The notes under the pieces are model-generated. The model had not been told where the DNA came from. It was given only the letters and a program-made list of their open reading frames with translations, and ran no database searches. A stretch of 64,000 bases of DNA, taken from Polyangiales bacterium (lineage in GTDB: Bacteria > Myxococcota_A > Polyangia > Polyangiales > JADJQN01). This document shows positions 50,038 through 59,112 of the stretch, piece by piece. The first letter of the stretch is position 1. The number at the start of each line of letters is the position of its first letter. A program made the position numbers and the translations under genes. Location of the stretch: assembly GCA_964202905.1 (NCBI GenBank), contig CAXNJO010000003.1, forward strand, positions 64,001 through 128,000. Direction: 5' to 3'.

Positions 50038-51759
50038 CTATCGCCCGGCACGCGCGAAGAATAGTTCAATCACTGTTCCGCTTTGCTCAAACCGCCTCAC
50101 TTCTCCAGTCGAGTCAGTGCTGATCAGTTGGCCTTGCTCACGAGACGAGATCTCGTAAAGAGCAGCATTGTCCCCGCGACCTCCACCGTCGTGATCGCGA
50201 AGATGGATGATCAGTCTCTCGCCGCCGGAAAGCGCGAAGGTCCCGAGGAGGTACGACTCCCCTGCCCAGCCCGCTACCAGACCCGGCCTCGAGATTCGTT
50301 CCCCATGACTCGTCTCAATACCTTCCCTGTTACGAAATCCGGCGGTGACCCAGATTTCTGGCGATTCTCCTTCGAACATCCCTTGATCCCAAGGACCGTT
50401 TGTCCGACGCGGGGGAAACCGTACGGATCGCACAGCAATCCTGAACTGATCGAGCACTGAACGTTGTACCGCGCAGTCCGGCACTGGCGTGAGTTCGACG
50501 GCAACAACCTGAAGCGGTCCATCTTCACGATAGAACGCTTGCACTTGCTCCATAGGAATGGCGTTAGGGGTTTCGACTCCTCTCGGACGAAACCCGCGAG
50601 CCTGCAACGTCGATGCCGCTTGACCTGTTGTTCGTGAGCGCGAAACATCACCGCTGAAAGGTCCAATACCCCCCGACAACGACGCCGTGATTTCGACTTC
50701 CGTTCCGCAATAGGCTGCATCGAATCGACGCCCGTAGATTAGCTTGGAAACGAAATAGCGAGCCTGCGGCGGAAGGCTGGATTCCGTGAAACGAAGCCTT
50801 CCCGTATTCAACTGCTCTAAATGGTCTTCTTGGATGACCGAGACAGTCCGGATACGGACTTCTCGATTCCTGCCAACCTCTGCTTCGAAGTTGAAAGCTC
50901 GAGCAGCGGCTCGAAACTCAACTGCTTCGTCGAAGCTGAGCGTTGTACCCACAAAATTGTTTGTTGGTGCACTTTGGACATCATCCGCGCGAACTGGAAG
51001 ATGCTCCACGGCTCCTTGGAGGGGTTCCAAATCATCGGAGTACAAGCGCCCCAAGGAGCTTGAACCCATACCCCTTGCTAGCGGCAAGGTTTCCCTTGAT
51101 CGAGTCGTCCTCGTCGCGTTCTCGCCGCACTCACTCGGTGGCCCCGAAACCGCTGCATTGGCTGTCGAAGGGGACGAGAAGTTCCCGCTGCTCGCCGCCG
51201 AGGCAACGGCATGATTTGCTGCGGAGGCCACGGCGTTACGGGGCGGGAGCTGGTCGCGTCTGCTCGTGATCGTCAGGCGGGCGGAGATGCTTCGAGCAGA
51301 TTCGTAGGAAGCTACCCATACCAACCATCCCCCGGAATCCACTCCGTTCAAGTCGACCATCGGGTTGGTGCTCTCGGGGATGCCGTCGTCATTGCAGAAC
51401 CATCGTCCGCTCGGTGAACGGAGTACGAGGGCCGCATCTCCGGTCCCTGCATCCACGAAGATGCGCATGAAATCCACGCGCCCTTGAACGACGACTCGTA
51501 GGCCCGGGGTGGATGCGGAATAGCCAAGGCAACCCTCCCCGAGGTTCATGGTCTGAACATTGATTTCCGGCCCTGCACCGGCCACACCCGCCGCGACGGG
51601 AATCTCAAACCCGGCAGCGAGCGTCGAAGCATCCACAATTTGAGTCCCGTGTCGTGCAGCCGTTCCATCGAGCGAGAGATTTTGAGCGCGTGCGTTTGAA
51701 GGTGCACTGCTCATCCAGACTCCGACGCCGATCATCAAGAGCAGCAAGACGCGTCGCAT
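50038..51759 (-). CDS. Secreted multidomain protein (PPC-like N domain, unknown middle domain, C2-like C domain)
   Basis: MRRVLLLL signal peptide; DAALVLRSPSGRWFCNDD..WLVWV; WD..PEIWV..LIIHLRDHD..D. Confidence 0.7.
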   Translation of the reverse strand: MRRVLLLLMIGVGVWMSSAPSNARAQNLSLDGTAARHGTQIVDASTLAAGFEIPVAAGVAGAGPEINVQTMNLGEGCLGYSASTPGLRVVVQGRVDFMRIFVDAGTGDAALVLRSPSGRWFCNDDGIPESTNPMVDLNGVDSGGWLVWVASYESARSISARLTITSRRDQLPPRNAVASAANHAVASAASSGNFSSPSTANAAVSGPPSECGENATRTTRSRETLPLARGMGSSSLGRLYSDDLEPLQGAVEHLPVRADDVQSAPTNNFVGTTLSFDEAVEFRAAARAFNFEAEVGRNREVRIRTVSVIQEDHLEQLNTGRLRFTESSLPPQARYFVSKLIYGRRFDAAYCGTEVEITASLSGGIGPFSGDVSRSRTTGQAASTLQARGFRPRGVETPNAIPMEQVQAFYREDGPLQVVAVELTPVPDCAVQRSVLDQFRIAVRSVRFPPRRTNGPWDQGMFEGESPEIWVTAGFRNREGIETSHGERISRPGLVAGWAGESYLLGTFALSGGERLIIHLRDHDGGGRGDNAALYEISSREQGQLISTDSTGEVRRFEQSGTVIELFFARAGR

Positions 51760-51805
51760 GGTGCACCTCGAAACAAGAAGTATTGACTCTGACTCTGTGA
51801 AAGAA

Positions 51806-51853
51806 CTCACGGGATGACGCAGGTATATCCCGTGCAGGTGTTGAGGCCGGCGC
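51806..51853. repeat. 48-bp direct repeat, right copy (3' end of the Cys-rich lipoprotein gene)
   Basis: Encodes AGLNTCTGYTCVIP* on the minus strand. Confidence 0.95.
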
Positions 51854-52404
51854 AGGTGTGCTCGGACCAGACGCCGATGGTCTGGTCGTACGAGAATCCT
51901 GCGCAGGAATTGCGGCCACCGCAGGTGCGGGTGGATTTCGACGTAGCCGGACGCCGCGTCACAGAGCGCGGTGAAGTCCTCGAGCGAGATCGGCATCGCG
52001 GCGTCGCGCGAAGTCACCACGCGCACGCGGTCCGCGTCGCAGCGCGCATCGAGCAACCCGGCATCGAGCGATTCGCCAGCGTCGATGTCCGTGCCCGCGT
52101 CGAAGGACACGGCGGCGTCCATGTCCACGCCCGCATCGGTGTCGGCGCCTGCATCGGTGTCTGCCGCAGCGTCGGTGTCGCTGCCAGCATCGGTGTCGGC
52201 GCCCGCGTCCTGCGCGCGACCCGCGTCGGTGTCTTGACCAGCGTCGACCGGCGCGCTCGCGTCACGCCCCGCATCGACCGCCGGCTCGTCGTCGCCGGGG
52301 CCGCAGGCGCCCGTGAAGAAGAGCAAACCACCGAGGGCGGCGGACAAGAGCGACGCGCTCGCCGCAGGAGGCGCGGGGCGGGAGATGAGGTCGTCGAGGG
52401 GCAT
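51807..52404 (-). CDS. Lipoprotein with DAG-repeat linker and CxGxNxCxG core; candidate MNIO precursor (frameshift ~51925)
   Basis: LLSAALGGLLFFTGAC lipobox; DTDAG repeats; removing one base gives HPHCGGRNSCAGFSYDQTIGVWSEHTCAGLNTCTGYTCVIP*. Confidence 0.7.
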
Positions 52405-52447
52405 GGTGGTCGCGCGAGGATAGCGGATCACGCCGCGAAACGCGCGC

Positions 52448-53950
52448 TCAGGCGTCGAGCAGGCGCTCCGAGAAGGTGCGGGCGAGCGCCATGATGGTGT
52501 GTTGGGGGTTCACGCCGAGGTTCGTGGGGATGACCGACGCATCCGCGACCAGCAGGCCCTCGTAGCCGTGCACGCGGCCGCTCTCGTCCACGACCGAGCG
52601 GCGCGGGTCACGGCCCATCGGGCAGCCGCCGAAGAGGTGCGAGAGGATCGCGATGTAGGCGCGCGGGTCGAGCGGCGCCTCGTCGATCAGCGAGAGTTGA
52701 TCGGCCGTGATCTCGTAGGGCAGGCCGTAGATGCCGGGCACGATGCGCTTGGCGCCCGCGGCGAAGTGCGTGCGCGCGATGATGCCCATGCCCTTGCGCA
52801 GACGCAGCATGTCCGCGCGGTCGAATCCGTATTTGACGACGGGCTTGTTGAAGAAGCCGTTGCGCACGGTGCCGACGGACTCGGCGCGGACGGCCAAGAC
52901 CCACATCGCCATGTGTCGGTATTCGCCGAGGCGCGTCATCAGCTCGTGGCCGACGCCCGAGAGGCGGGAAGCGACCATTTCCGGCGGGATCGAGAGCGTC
53001 TCGAGCTTGAGGCCCGGCTCGACGCGGTATTCCGTCGAGGCCCAGCCCTGCGTCGCGCCGACGTTCATGTCGACGACGTCGTCGTAGATCCCGAAGATGC
53101 CCGTACCCGGATGTGCGCGGAAACCGCTGCCGAGCGCGGGATTGCGCACACCGCTGCGCTCGAGGATGGGCGCGCTGTGCGTGACGCTCGCGGCGACGAT
53201 CACGGCCTTGCGCGCACGCACGGTGAAGATGCCGCCCTTCTGGCGCGTCTGCGGGTGGCGGAAGCGGCCGGTGACGGCGGTGGCCCGGCGCCCCTGAAAA
53301 AGCACGCGATCGACGGGCGCGCAGGAGACGACGTGGCCGCCCTTGGCGAGCACCTCGGGGATGAACTGCAGATTCAACGACTGTTTGCGCAGCGAGCGAC
53401 ACCCCTGCAGACACTGGCCGGAACCGACGCAGCCCTTCGCGTAGCGGGTCATGACGTGGGAGTCGTAGCCCATCGCCTTCGCGCCCTGCATCGCGAGCTC
53501 GCTCGAGCGGCCCGCGGAGGGGCCGGGGACGAGCTCGGCGCAGAGCTCCTTCTCGAGCGTCTCTTGATGGGCCCAGATCGTGTGGCGGAAACTGCCCTGC
53601 GCGACGCCGTGCTCGCGCTCCCATTGGTCGAAGATGTCTTCGGGCGTGCGCACGCAAATCGCGCAGTTGATGACGGTGGTGCCGCCCACGCACGAGGCCT
53701 GCACGATGGGCCAGAGCGCGCGCCCCTGCGCGACGCCGGCGCCGAAATCGTCGAACAGATCGCGCATCGCGCCGTAGGCGGAGTGCGGATAATGCTCGGG
53801 GTCGCGCCAGGGGCCGGCCTCGACGATGGCGACGTGCGCGCCGCCGCGTGCGAGGGAATTGGCGGCCGTCGCGCCGCCCGCACCGGAGCCGACGACGACG
53901 TAATCGACATCGAGCGTGAAGGGCTCGTCGCGATAGGCGATGTGACTCAC
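52448..53950 (-). CDS. GMC family oxidoreductase
   Basis: DYVVVGSGAGG, VGGTTVIN, C.GSG.C..GC, HLFGGC, DASV.PT..GVNP; GTGA overlap with the upstream gene. Confidence 0.92.
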   Translation of the reverse strand: MSHIAYRDEPFTLDVDYVVVGSGAGGATAANSLARGGAHVAIVEAGPWRDPEHYPHSAYGAMRDLFDDFGAGVAQGRALWPIVQASCVGGTTVINCAICVRTPEDIFDQWEREHGVAQGSFRHTIWAHQETLEKELCAELVPGPSAGRSSELAMQGAKAMGYDSHVMTRYAKGCVGSGQCLQGCRSLRKQSLNLQFIPEVLAKGGHVVSCAPVDRVLFQGRRATAVTGRFRHPQTRQKGGIFTVRARKAVIVAASVTHSAPILERSGVRNPALGSGFRAHPGTGIFGIYDDVVDMNVGATQGWASTEYRVEPGLKLETLSIPPEMVASRLSGVGHELMTRLGEYRHMAMWVLAVRAESVGTVRNGFFNKPVVKYGFDRADMLRLRKGMGIIARTHFAAGAKRIVPGIYGLPYEITADQLSLIDEAPLDPRAYIAILSHLFGGCPMGRDPRRSVVDESGRVHGYEGLLVADASVIPTNLGVNPQHTIMALARTFSERLLDA

Positions 53951-54339
53951 GACTGCCTCCACGTGCCCGGATCCGCGGGCATCGGCGGGAGCCCGAACTT
54001 CGCGCGGACGGCCGGGTCCGCGCCCCAGCAGAGCCCCGCGACCATCTTCACGAGGAACACCGCCTGACGCAGCAGGTAGATGCGTGACGAGAGCACGCGG
54101 GAGGCGTGTTTCTCGCGGAGTGCCGAGGGCAGCAGAAAGGCCGGCAGCGGCACGAACACCGTGAGAATCGGTGTGAGGTGAAAGAGCAGTGAGCCGCCGA
54201 TCACGCCGAGCCAGATGAGGAAGGCGGACTCGCGACGGAAGCGCACGAGGAACTCGTCGATTCCGGTATCCGCGAGGCCGGGGAAGGCCGCGGTGCGCGG
54301 GTAGAGCGTCAGCATCGCGGAGCGGATGAGCCAGTTCAC
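53947..54339 (-). CDS. Small protein translationally coupled to the GMC gene
   Basis: Stop overlaps the GMC start; typical codon usage. Confidence 0.65.
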   Translation of the reverse strand: MNWLIRSAMLTLYPRTAAFPGLADTGIDEFLVRFRRESAFLIWLGVIGGSLLFHLTPILTVFVPLPAFLLPSALREKHASRVLSSRIYLLRQAVFLVKMVAGLCWGADPAVRAKFGLPPMPADPGTWRQS

Positions 54340-54416
54340 GGTGGGGCCGAGCGTACACGACGTCACGCGGCTTGCCGTCATGCCGGAGTCACGGCGAGGT
54401 CAGGGAGTCGCAGACC

Positions 54417-55754
54417 TCAGGGAGATGGCGGCGTTTCTGCCGCGGCAGGCTGCTCCACCTCGCCGAACACACCCTCCCACTTCGCGATGACGACCGACGC
54501 GAGCGCGTTGCCGAGCACGTTCGTCATCGTGCGCGCCATGTCCATCACCTCGTCGACGGCGAGGATGAGCGCGATGCCCGCTTCGCCCGGCAATCCGAAC
54601 GTCGCGCACGCGCCCGCGATGATCACGAGCGTCGCGCGCGGCACGGCGGCGACGCCCTTCGAGGTGAGCATGAAGGTGAAGACCATCGCGGCCTGCTGCG
54701 CGAGGCTCATCTCGATCTTCGCGGCCTGCGCGATCGTGAGGCTCGCGAGCACGAGATAGAGCGTCGAGCCGTCGAGGTTGAAGCTGTAGCCCGCGGGGAT
54801 GACGAAGCTCGCGACGCGCCGCGGGACGCCGAGCGCGATCATCTTCTCGAGGAGCTGCGGGAGCACGCTCTCGCTCGACGCCGTCGAGAACGCCGTGAGC
54901 GCCGGCTCGCGCACCGCGCGCACGAAGTCGAGGATGCGCACGCCGGTCATCACGAGGATCGGCAGGAACACGAGGCCGATGAGCAACGCGAGCGCGAGGT
55001 AGAGCGAGCCCACGAGGCGCGCGTACTGCGCGAGCAGGTGGCCGACGGCGGACCAGCCACGAATCGTCACGCCGCCGACCTCGTGGCCCGCGGCCATGTG
55101 GCTCACGTTGTAGGCCATCGCGCCGAACACGCCGACCGGCGTGAGGCGCATGACCATGTCGGTGTATTTGAACATCACCTGCGCGACGCCCTCGAAGAAC
55201 GAGAGGACGGGCCGCCCGCGCGGGCCGACGCGGATGAGCGCGATGCCGAAGAGCGTCGCGAAGACGACGACCGGGAGCACATCGGCCTCGGCCGCGTGCT
55301 TGACGAGGTTCGAGGGAAACGCGTGCAGCGCGATCTCCCAGCCCGTCTTCTCACGCGCGAGCTCGGGGCCCGCGGCGTGCGCGGGGAGCGGGAGTCCGTC
55401 GCCGGGACGCAGCACGTTCGCGACGAGCAGGCCGATGCCGAGCGCGAGCGTCGTGACGACCTCGAAGTAGAGCAGCGCCTTGCCGCCCATGCGGCCGACG
55501 GCCTTCACATCGCCCGTCTGCGCGATGCCCGTGATCAGGGTCGCGATGAGGATCGGGACGATGATGCTCTTGATGAGCGTGATGAACGCCTTCGAGAGGA
55601 AGTGGAAGAACTCGTAGGCGACGGGGAAGCGATCCTGCGGGAGAAATCCGCCGCAGAGCACGCCGAGGACGAGCGCGGCGAACACGATGCCGGTCGCGTG
55701 GCGCTGCGCGAACGACTTGGGCTCCGGGGTCGGCGCGGGCGGCGGAGATTGCAT
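54417..55754 (-). CDS. Dicarboxylate/amino acid:cation symporter (GltP/DctA family)
   Basis: AFSTASSESVLP, GYSFNLDG, SKGVAAVPRA, DMART.TN..GN. Confidence 0.95.
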   Translation of the reverse strand: MQSPPPAPTPEPKSFAQRHATGIVFAALVLGVLCGGFLPQDRFPVAYEFFHFLSKAFITLIKSIIVPILIATLITGIAQTGDVKAVGRMGGKALLYFEVVTTLALGIGLLVANVLRPGDGLPLPAHAAGPELAREKTGWEIALHAFPSNLVKHAAEADVLPVVVFATLFGIALIRVGPRGRPVLSFFEGVAQVMFKYTDMVMRLTPVGVFGAMAYNVSHMAAGHEVGGVTIRGWSAVGHLLAQYARLVGSLYLALALLIGLVFLPILVMTGVRILDFVRAVREPALTAFSTASSESVLPQLLEKMIALGVPRRVASFVIPAGYSFNLDGSTLYLVLASLTIAQAAKIEMSLAQQAAMVFTFMLTSKGVAAVPRATLVIIAGACATFGLPGEAGIALILAVDEVMDMARTMTNVLGNALASVVIAKWEGVFGEVEQPAAAETPPSP

Positions 55755-55814
55755 GGAGATGCTGGTATCACGAGCGAAGGCGCTCGCGGGGGACGCACGC
55801 GCGGGGCGCGACCG

Positions 55815-57757
55815 TCAGTGCACCGCGCCGACCCGCTCGGCGAGGGCCACGGGCGCACCGCCGCGGCGCGGATCGCTCGCGCCGACGAGCGTGCCGTCGG
55901 GCTCGACGAAGATGGCCTGCACATCGCCCTGGAGCGGCTGCGACGCAGACGCGCTCGGTGGCGGTGTGGCCCATGGCCGTCAGGGCTGCGACCACGTTTG
56001 GCTCGAGCCCACCGCGCTCGAACTGCAAGGTGTCCGGCAGGTGCTGGTGGTGCAGGCGCGGGGCCGCGAGCGCCTCGCGCGGCGTCATGCCGAAGGTGAG
56101 GACGTTCTCGATCGACCTGCGCCACCGAGCTGATGATCGTGGGGCCGCCGGGGCTGCCGAGCACGAGCCGCACACGCCCCGTCACACCATCGCTGACGAT
56201 GGTGGGGGACATCGACGAGAGCATGCGTTTTCGCGGCGCGATCGCGTTCGCCTCGCCCATCACGAGCCCATATTGGTTGGGCGCGCCGGGGTTCGCGGCG
56301 AAGTCGTCCATCTCGTTGTTGAGGAAGAAGCCCGCGCCCTCGACGACGACGCGCGCGCCGTAGAGCGAGTTGATCGTCGTGGTGACGGCGACGGCGTTCC
56401 CGTCGCCGTCGACGACCGAGTAGTGCGTGGTGTGCGTGCCCTCGCGCGGGGTCTGCGCGACGGCGGGCACGGGCAGGCCCGCGGGCACGTCACGCGAAGG
56501 CGTCGCGCGCGCAGGGTCGATCGTCGCACCGCGCGTGGCGAGATATTCGGACGAGAGCAGCGCTTCCGTCGGTACATCGACGAAGGCCGGGTCGCCGAGC
56601 AGCGCGTTGCGGTCGGCGAAGGCGCGGCGCGAGGCCTCCGCGAAGAGGTGCACGTGCTCGCGCGAATGGAAGCCGAAGCGCTCGACGCGGTGCGGCTCGA
56701 GCATCGCGAGCAGGGCGCCGAGCGCGACGCCGCCCGACGAGGGCGGACCCATGCTGTCGACGTCGTGACCACGCACGCGGACGCGCACCGGCGCGCGCCA
56801 CACCGCCTCGTAGGCGGCGAGATCGGCCTCCGTGATCAGGCCATTTCCGCGCGTCATCTCGCGCGCGACGAGCTGCGCGGTGCGCCCGCGGTAGAAGCCA
56901 TCCGCGCCCTGGTCGCGGATGCGCGCGAGCGTCTGCGCGAGGTCGCGCTGCGCGAGCACGTCACCGACGCGCAGCACGTGCCCCCCCGCGAGGAAGATGC
57001 GCGCGGTCTGCGGGAAGCGCGCGAAGAAGGCGTCGCCCATCCGCGCGAAGGAGAACGCGAGGCGGTCGTGCACGACGTGTCGCTCGGCGAGCGCGATCGC
57101 GGGCGCGACGAGGTCCCCCCACGGCAGCGCGCCGTGGCGCTGATGCAGCGCCCACATCCCGCGCACGCTGCCCGGCACGCCCGCTGCGCGGTGGCCGATC
57201 GCGGCCTCGGGGAGCACGCGCCCGTCGGGTCCGAGGAACATGTCGCGCGTCGCGGCGGCCGGCGCCGTCTCGCGGAAATCGAGCGTCGACGTCTCGCCGG
57301 CCTTCGTGCGCGCGACGAGGAAGCCGCCGCCGCCGAGGTTGCCCGCTTCGGGATTCACGACCGCGAGCGCGAAGTGCACGGCCACGACCGCGTCGAAGGC
57401 GTTGCCGCCGCGCCGCAGCATCTCGACGCCGACCTCGCTCGCGATGCGATCGGTCGACGCGACCATGCCGGCGCGCCCGCGCGCGACGAGCACGTCGTCG
57501 GCCCCGATGCGCCAGCCCGCGGGGATCGCGCGCCGCATGGGCTGCGCGACGTCTTCGCCCTCCTCGGGAGCGCGCGTCGCGGGATTCGCGGCGGGCGCGG
57601 CGCAGCGCGACGACGATACCTGCGTCGGCAAGGGCGCGGGATGCGCGGACGGAGCGCTGCCGCACGCGGCCACGAGGGGGAGGACGGCGAGCGCGACGAC
57701 CTGCGCGACGACCCGCGCCGGAAGCGCGTGAAACCACCGCGGAACACGCGAGATCAT
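55815..57757 (-). CDS. ggt: Gamma-glutamyltransferase (frameshifts ~56115 and ~55950)
   Basis: GGNAFDA, DFRETAP, PPSSGG, HTTHYSVVD, LNNEMDDF, LSSMSPT, GSPGG; C-terminal GASDPRRGG in another frame. Confidence 0.92.
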
Positions 57758-57812
57758 GGGCCTGAGTCGAACACGCCCCGCGCGCCGCGTCGAGGCCGCG
57801 CACGGCGCGCGC

Positions 57813-59090
57813 ATGCGCGGTACGCTGCCGGCGGTGACCGCGCTCCCGACGGCGATGCTCACGCTCCCCGCGTCCGGCGAGCGCACCGTCGATCGGCTCC
57901 TCGAGGGCGTGGCGCAGCACGCGCTGCGCACGTTGCTCACGCGGCCCGCGCACGATCTGCCGCCCACGCTCGCGCGTGCGCTGCCGCCCGTGCAATGGGC
58001 GCTCGCCCGCTTCGCGCAGCGCGACCCGGCGCGGCTGCTCGCGGCCGTCGCCGCGCCCGACGTGCTCGCCCCGGCGCTCGCGCTCGCGGGTGGTGCACAC
58101 CCCGCGGCCGACTGCGTGTCGCGCGCCGTACCCGCGCTGCTCGCGGCGCTCGGCAGCCTGCCCGAGAACACGCGCTGGGACGCGCCGGTCGCGCTGCTCG
58201 TCGACGCGACCCGCGAGCGCGTGCTCCGCGTCGAGCCCGCGGCGCGCGCGTTGCGGATCGGGCGCGAAGGGCTCCACGTCGAGGCGACCGGCGGCGGGCT
58301 GCGCCTCGACGCATCGGACGACGCGGCGCGCGCGCTGCCGCAGGTGCGGGTGGAGGCCCCGTTCACGCGCGTGCACGACACGCTGCCCGCGCTGCGCCTC
58401 GCGACGCTCGACACGAACCCGCTCGCGATGCTCGAGGCGCACCCCGAGAAACAGGGCAACGCCATCGATCTCGCCGGTCGCACGACGGCCGAGTGGGCCC
58501 GCGCGCTCCACGAAGGGCTCGAGCTCGTGCGCGTCGCGCTGCCCGCGTGGTGGGAGGAGCTGCCGCGCACGCTCGCGCGGATCGTGCCCGTCGGCTGGCA
58601 CGGCGAGCGGCACTTCTCCGCGAGCTACCGCGAGGCGCCGCGCGTCGCGTACGTGTCGCTGCACCCCGATCCGCTCACGCTCGCCGAGGCGATCGTGCAC
58701 GAGACGCAGCACGGCAAGCTCAACCTGCTGACCTGGTCCGACGCGGTCCTCGAGAACGGCTACACGGCATGGACGACGTCGCCCGTGCGGCCGGATCTGC
58801 GGCCGATCATGGGCGTGCTGCTCGCGGTGCACGCCTTCGTGCCCGTCGCCGCGCTGCACCACGGACTGGCGTCGGCGGGGCACCCGATCGCCGCGACGCC
58901 CACCTTCGCGCGGCGGCGCGCCGAAGTGCTCGCCGGCAACGCGCGCGGCCTCGCCATCCTCCACGAGAAGGCCGCTCCAACGACGCGCGGTGCGCGGATC
59001 CTCGACGACCTCGCGCGGCTGCACGCGTTCCTCGCGGAGGGCACGGCGACGCTCGCGGACGTGCGCGCAGACACGGCGCTCCCCGGCTGA
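57813..59090 (+). CDS. HExxH-motif protein (aKG-HExxH peptide hydroxylase-like)
   Basis: HFSAS, LAEAIVHETQHGKL, SPVRPDLRP..GVLLAVHAF. Confidence 0.85.
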   Translation: MRGTLPAVTALPTAMLTLPASGERTVDRLLEGVAQHALRTLLTRPAHDLPPTLARALPPVQWALARFAQRDPARLLAAVAAPDVLAPALALAGGAHPAADCVSRAVPALLAALGSLPENTRWDAPVALLVDATRERVLRVEPAARALRIGREGLHVEATGGGLRLDASDDAARALPQVRVEAPFTRVHDTLPALRLATLDTNPLAMLEAHPEKQGNAIDLAGRTTAEWARALHEGLELVRVALPAWWEELPRTLARIVPVGWHGERHFSASYREAPRVAYVSLHPDPLTLAEAIVHETQHGKLNLLTWSDAVLENGYTAWTTSPVRPDLRPIMGVLLAVHAFVPVAALHHGLASAGHPIAATPTFARRRAEVLAGNARGLAILHEKAAPTTRGARILDDLARLHAFLAEGTATLADVRADTALPG

Positions 59091-59112
59091 GCCGGGCGCG
59101 ACGCTGGATATA

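Larger units (their letters stand above)
47884..51853. mobile_element. Lower-GC insert bounded by 48-bp direct repeats; no integrase seen
   Basis: Direct repeats, visibly more AT-rich sequence and atypical codons, nested IS. Confidence 0.75.

Noticed and set aside
50108..50117. 10-bp match (gtcgagtcag) to the reverse complement of the 16-bp repeat unit
   Set aside because: Too short to be significant, and it lies within a coding region.
50038..52431. Single 797-aa ORF spanning the insert boundary
   Set aside because: Artefact of the ~51925 frameshift; there are two genes with separate signal peptides and different codon usage.
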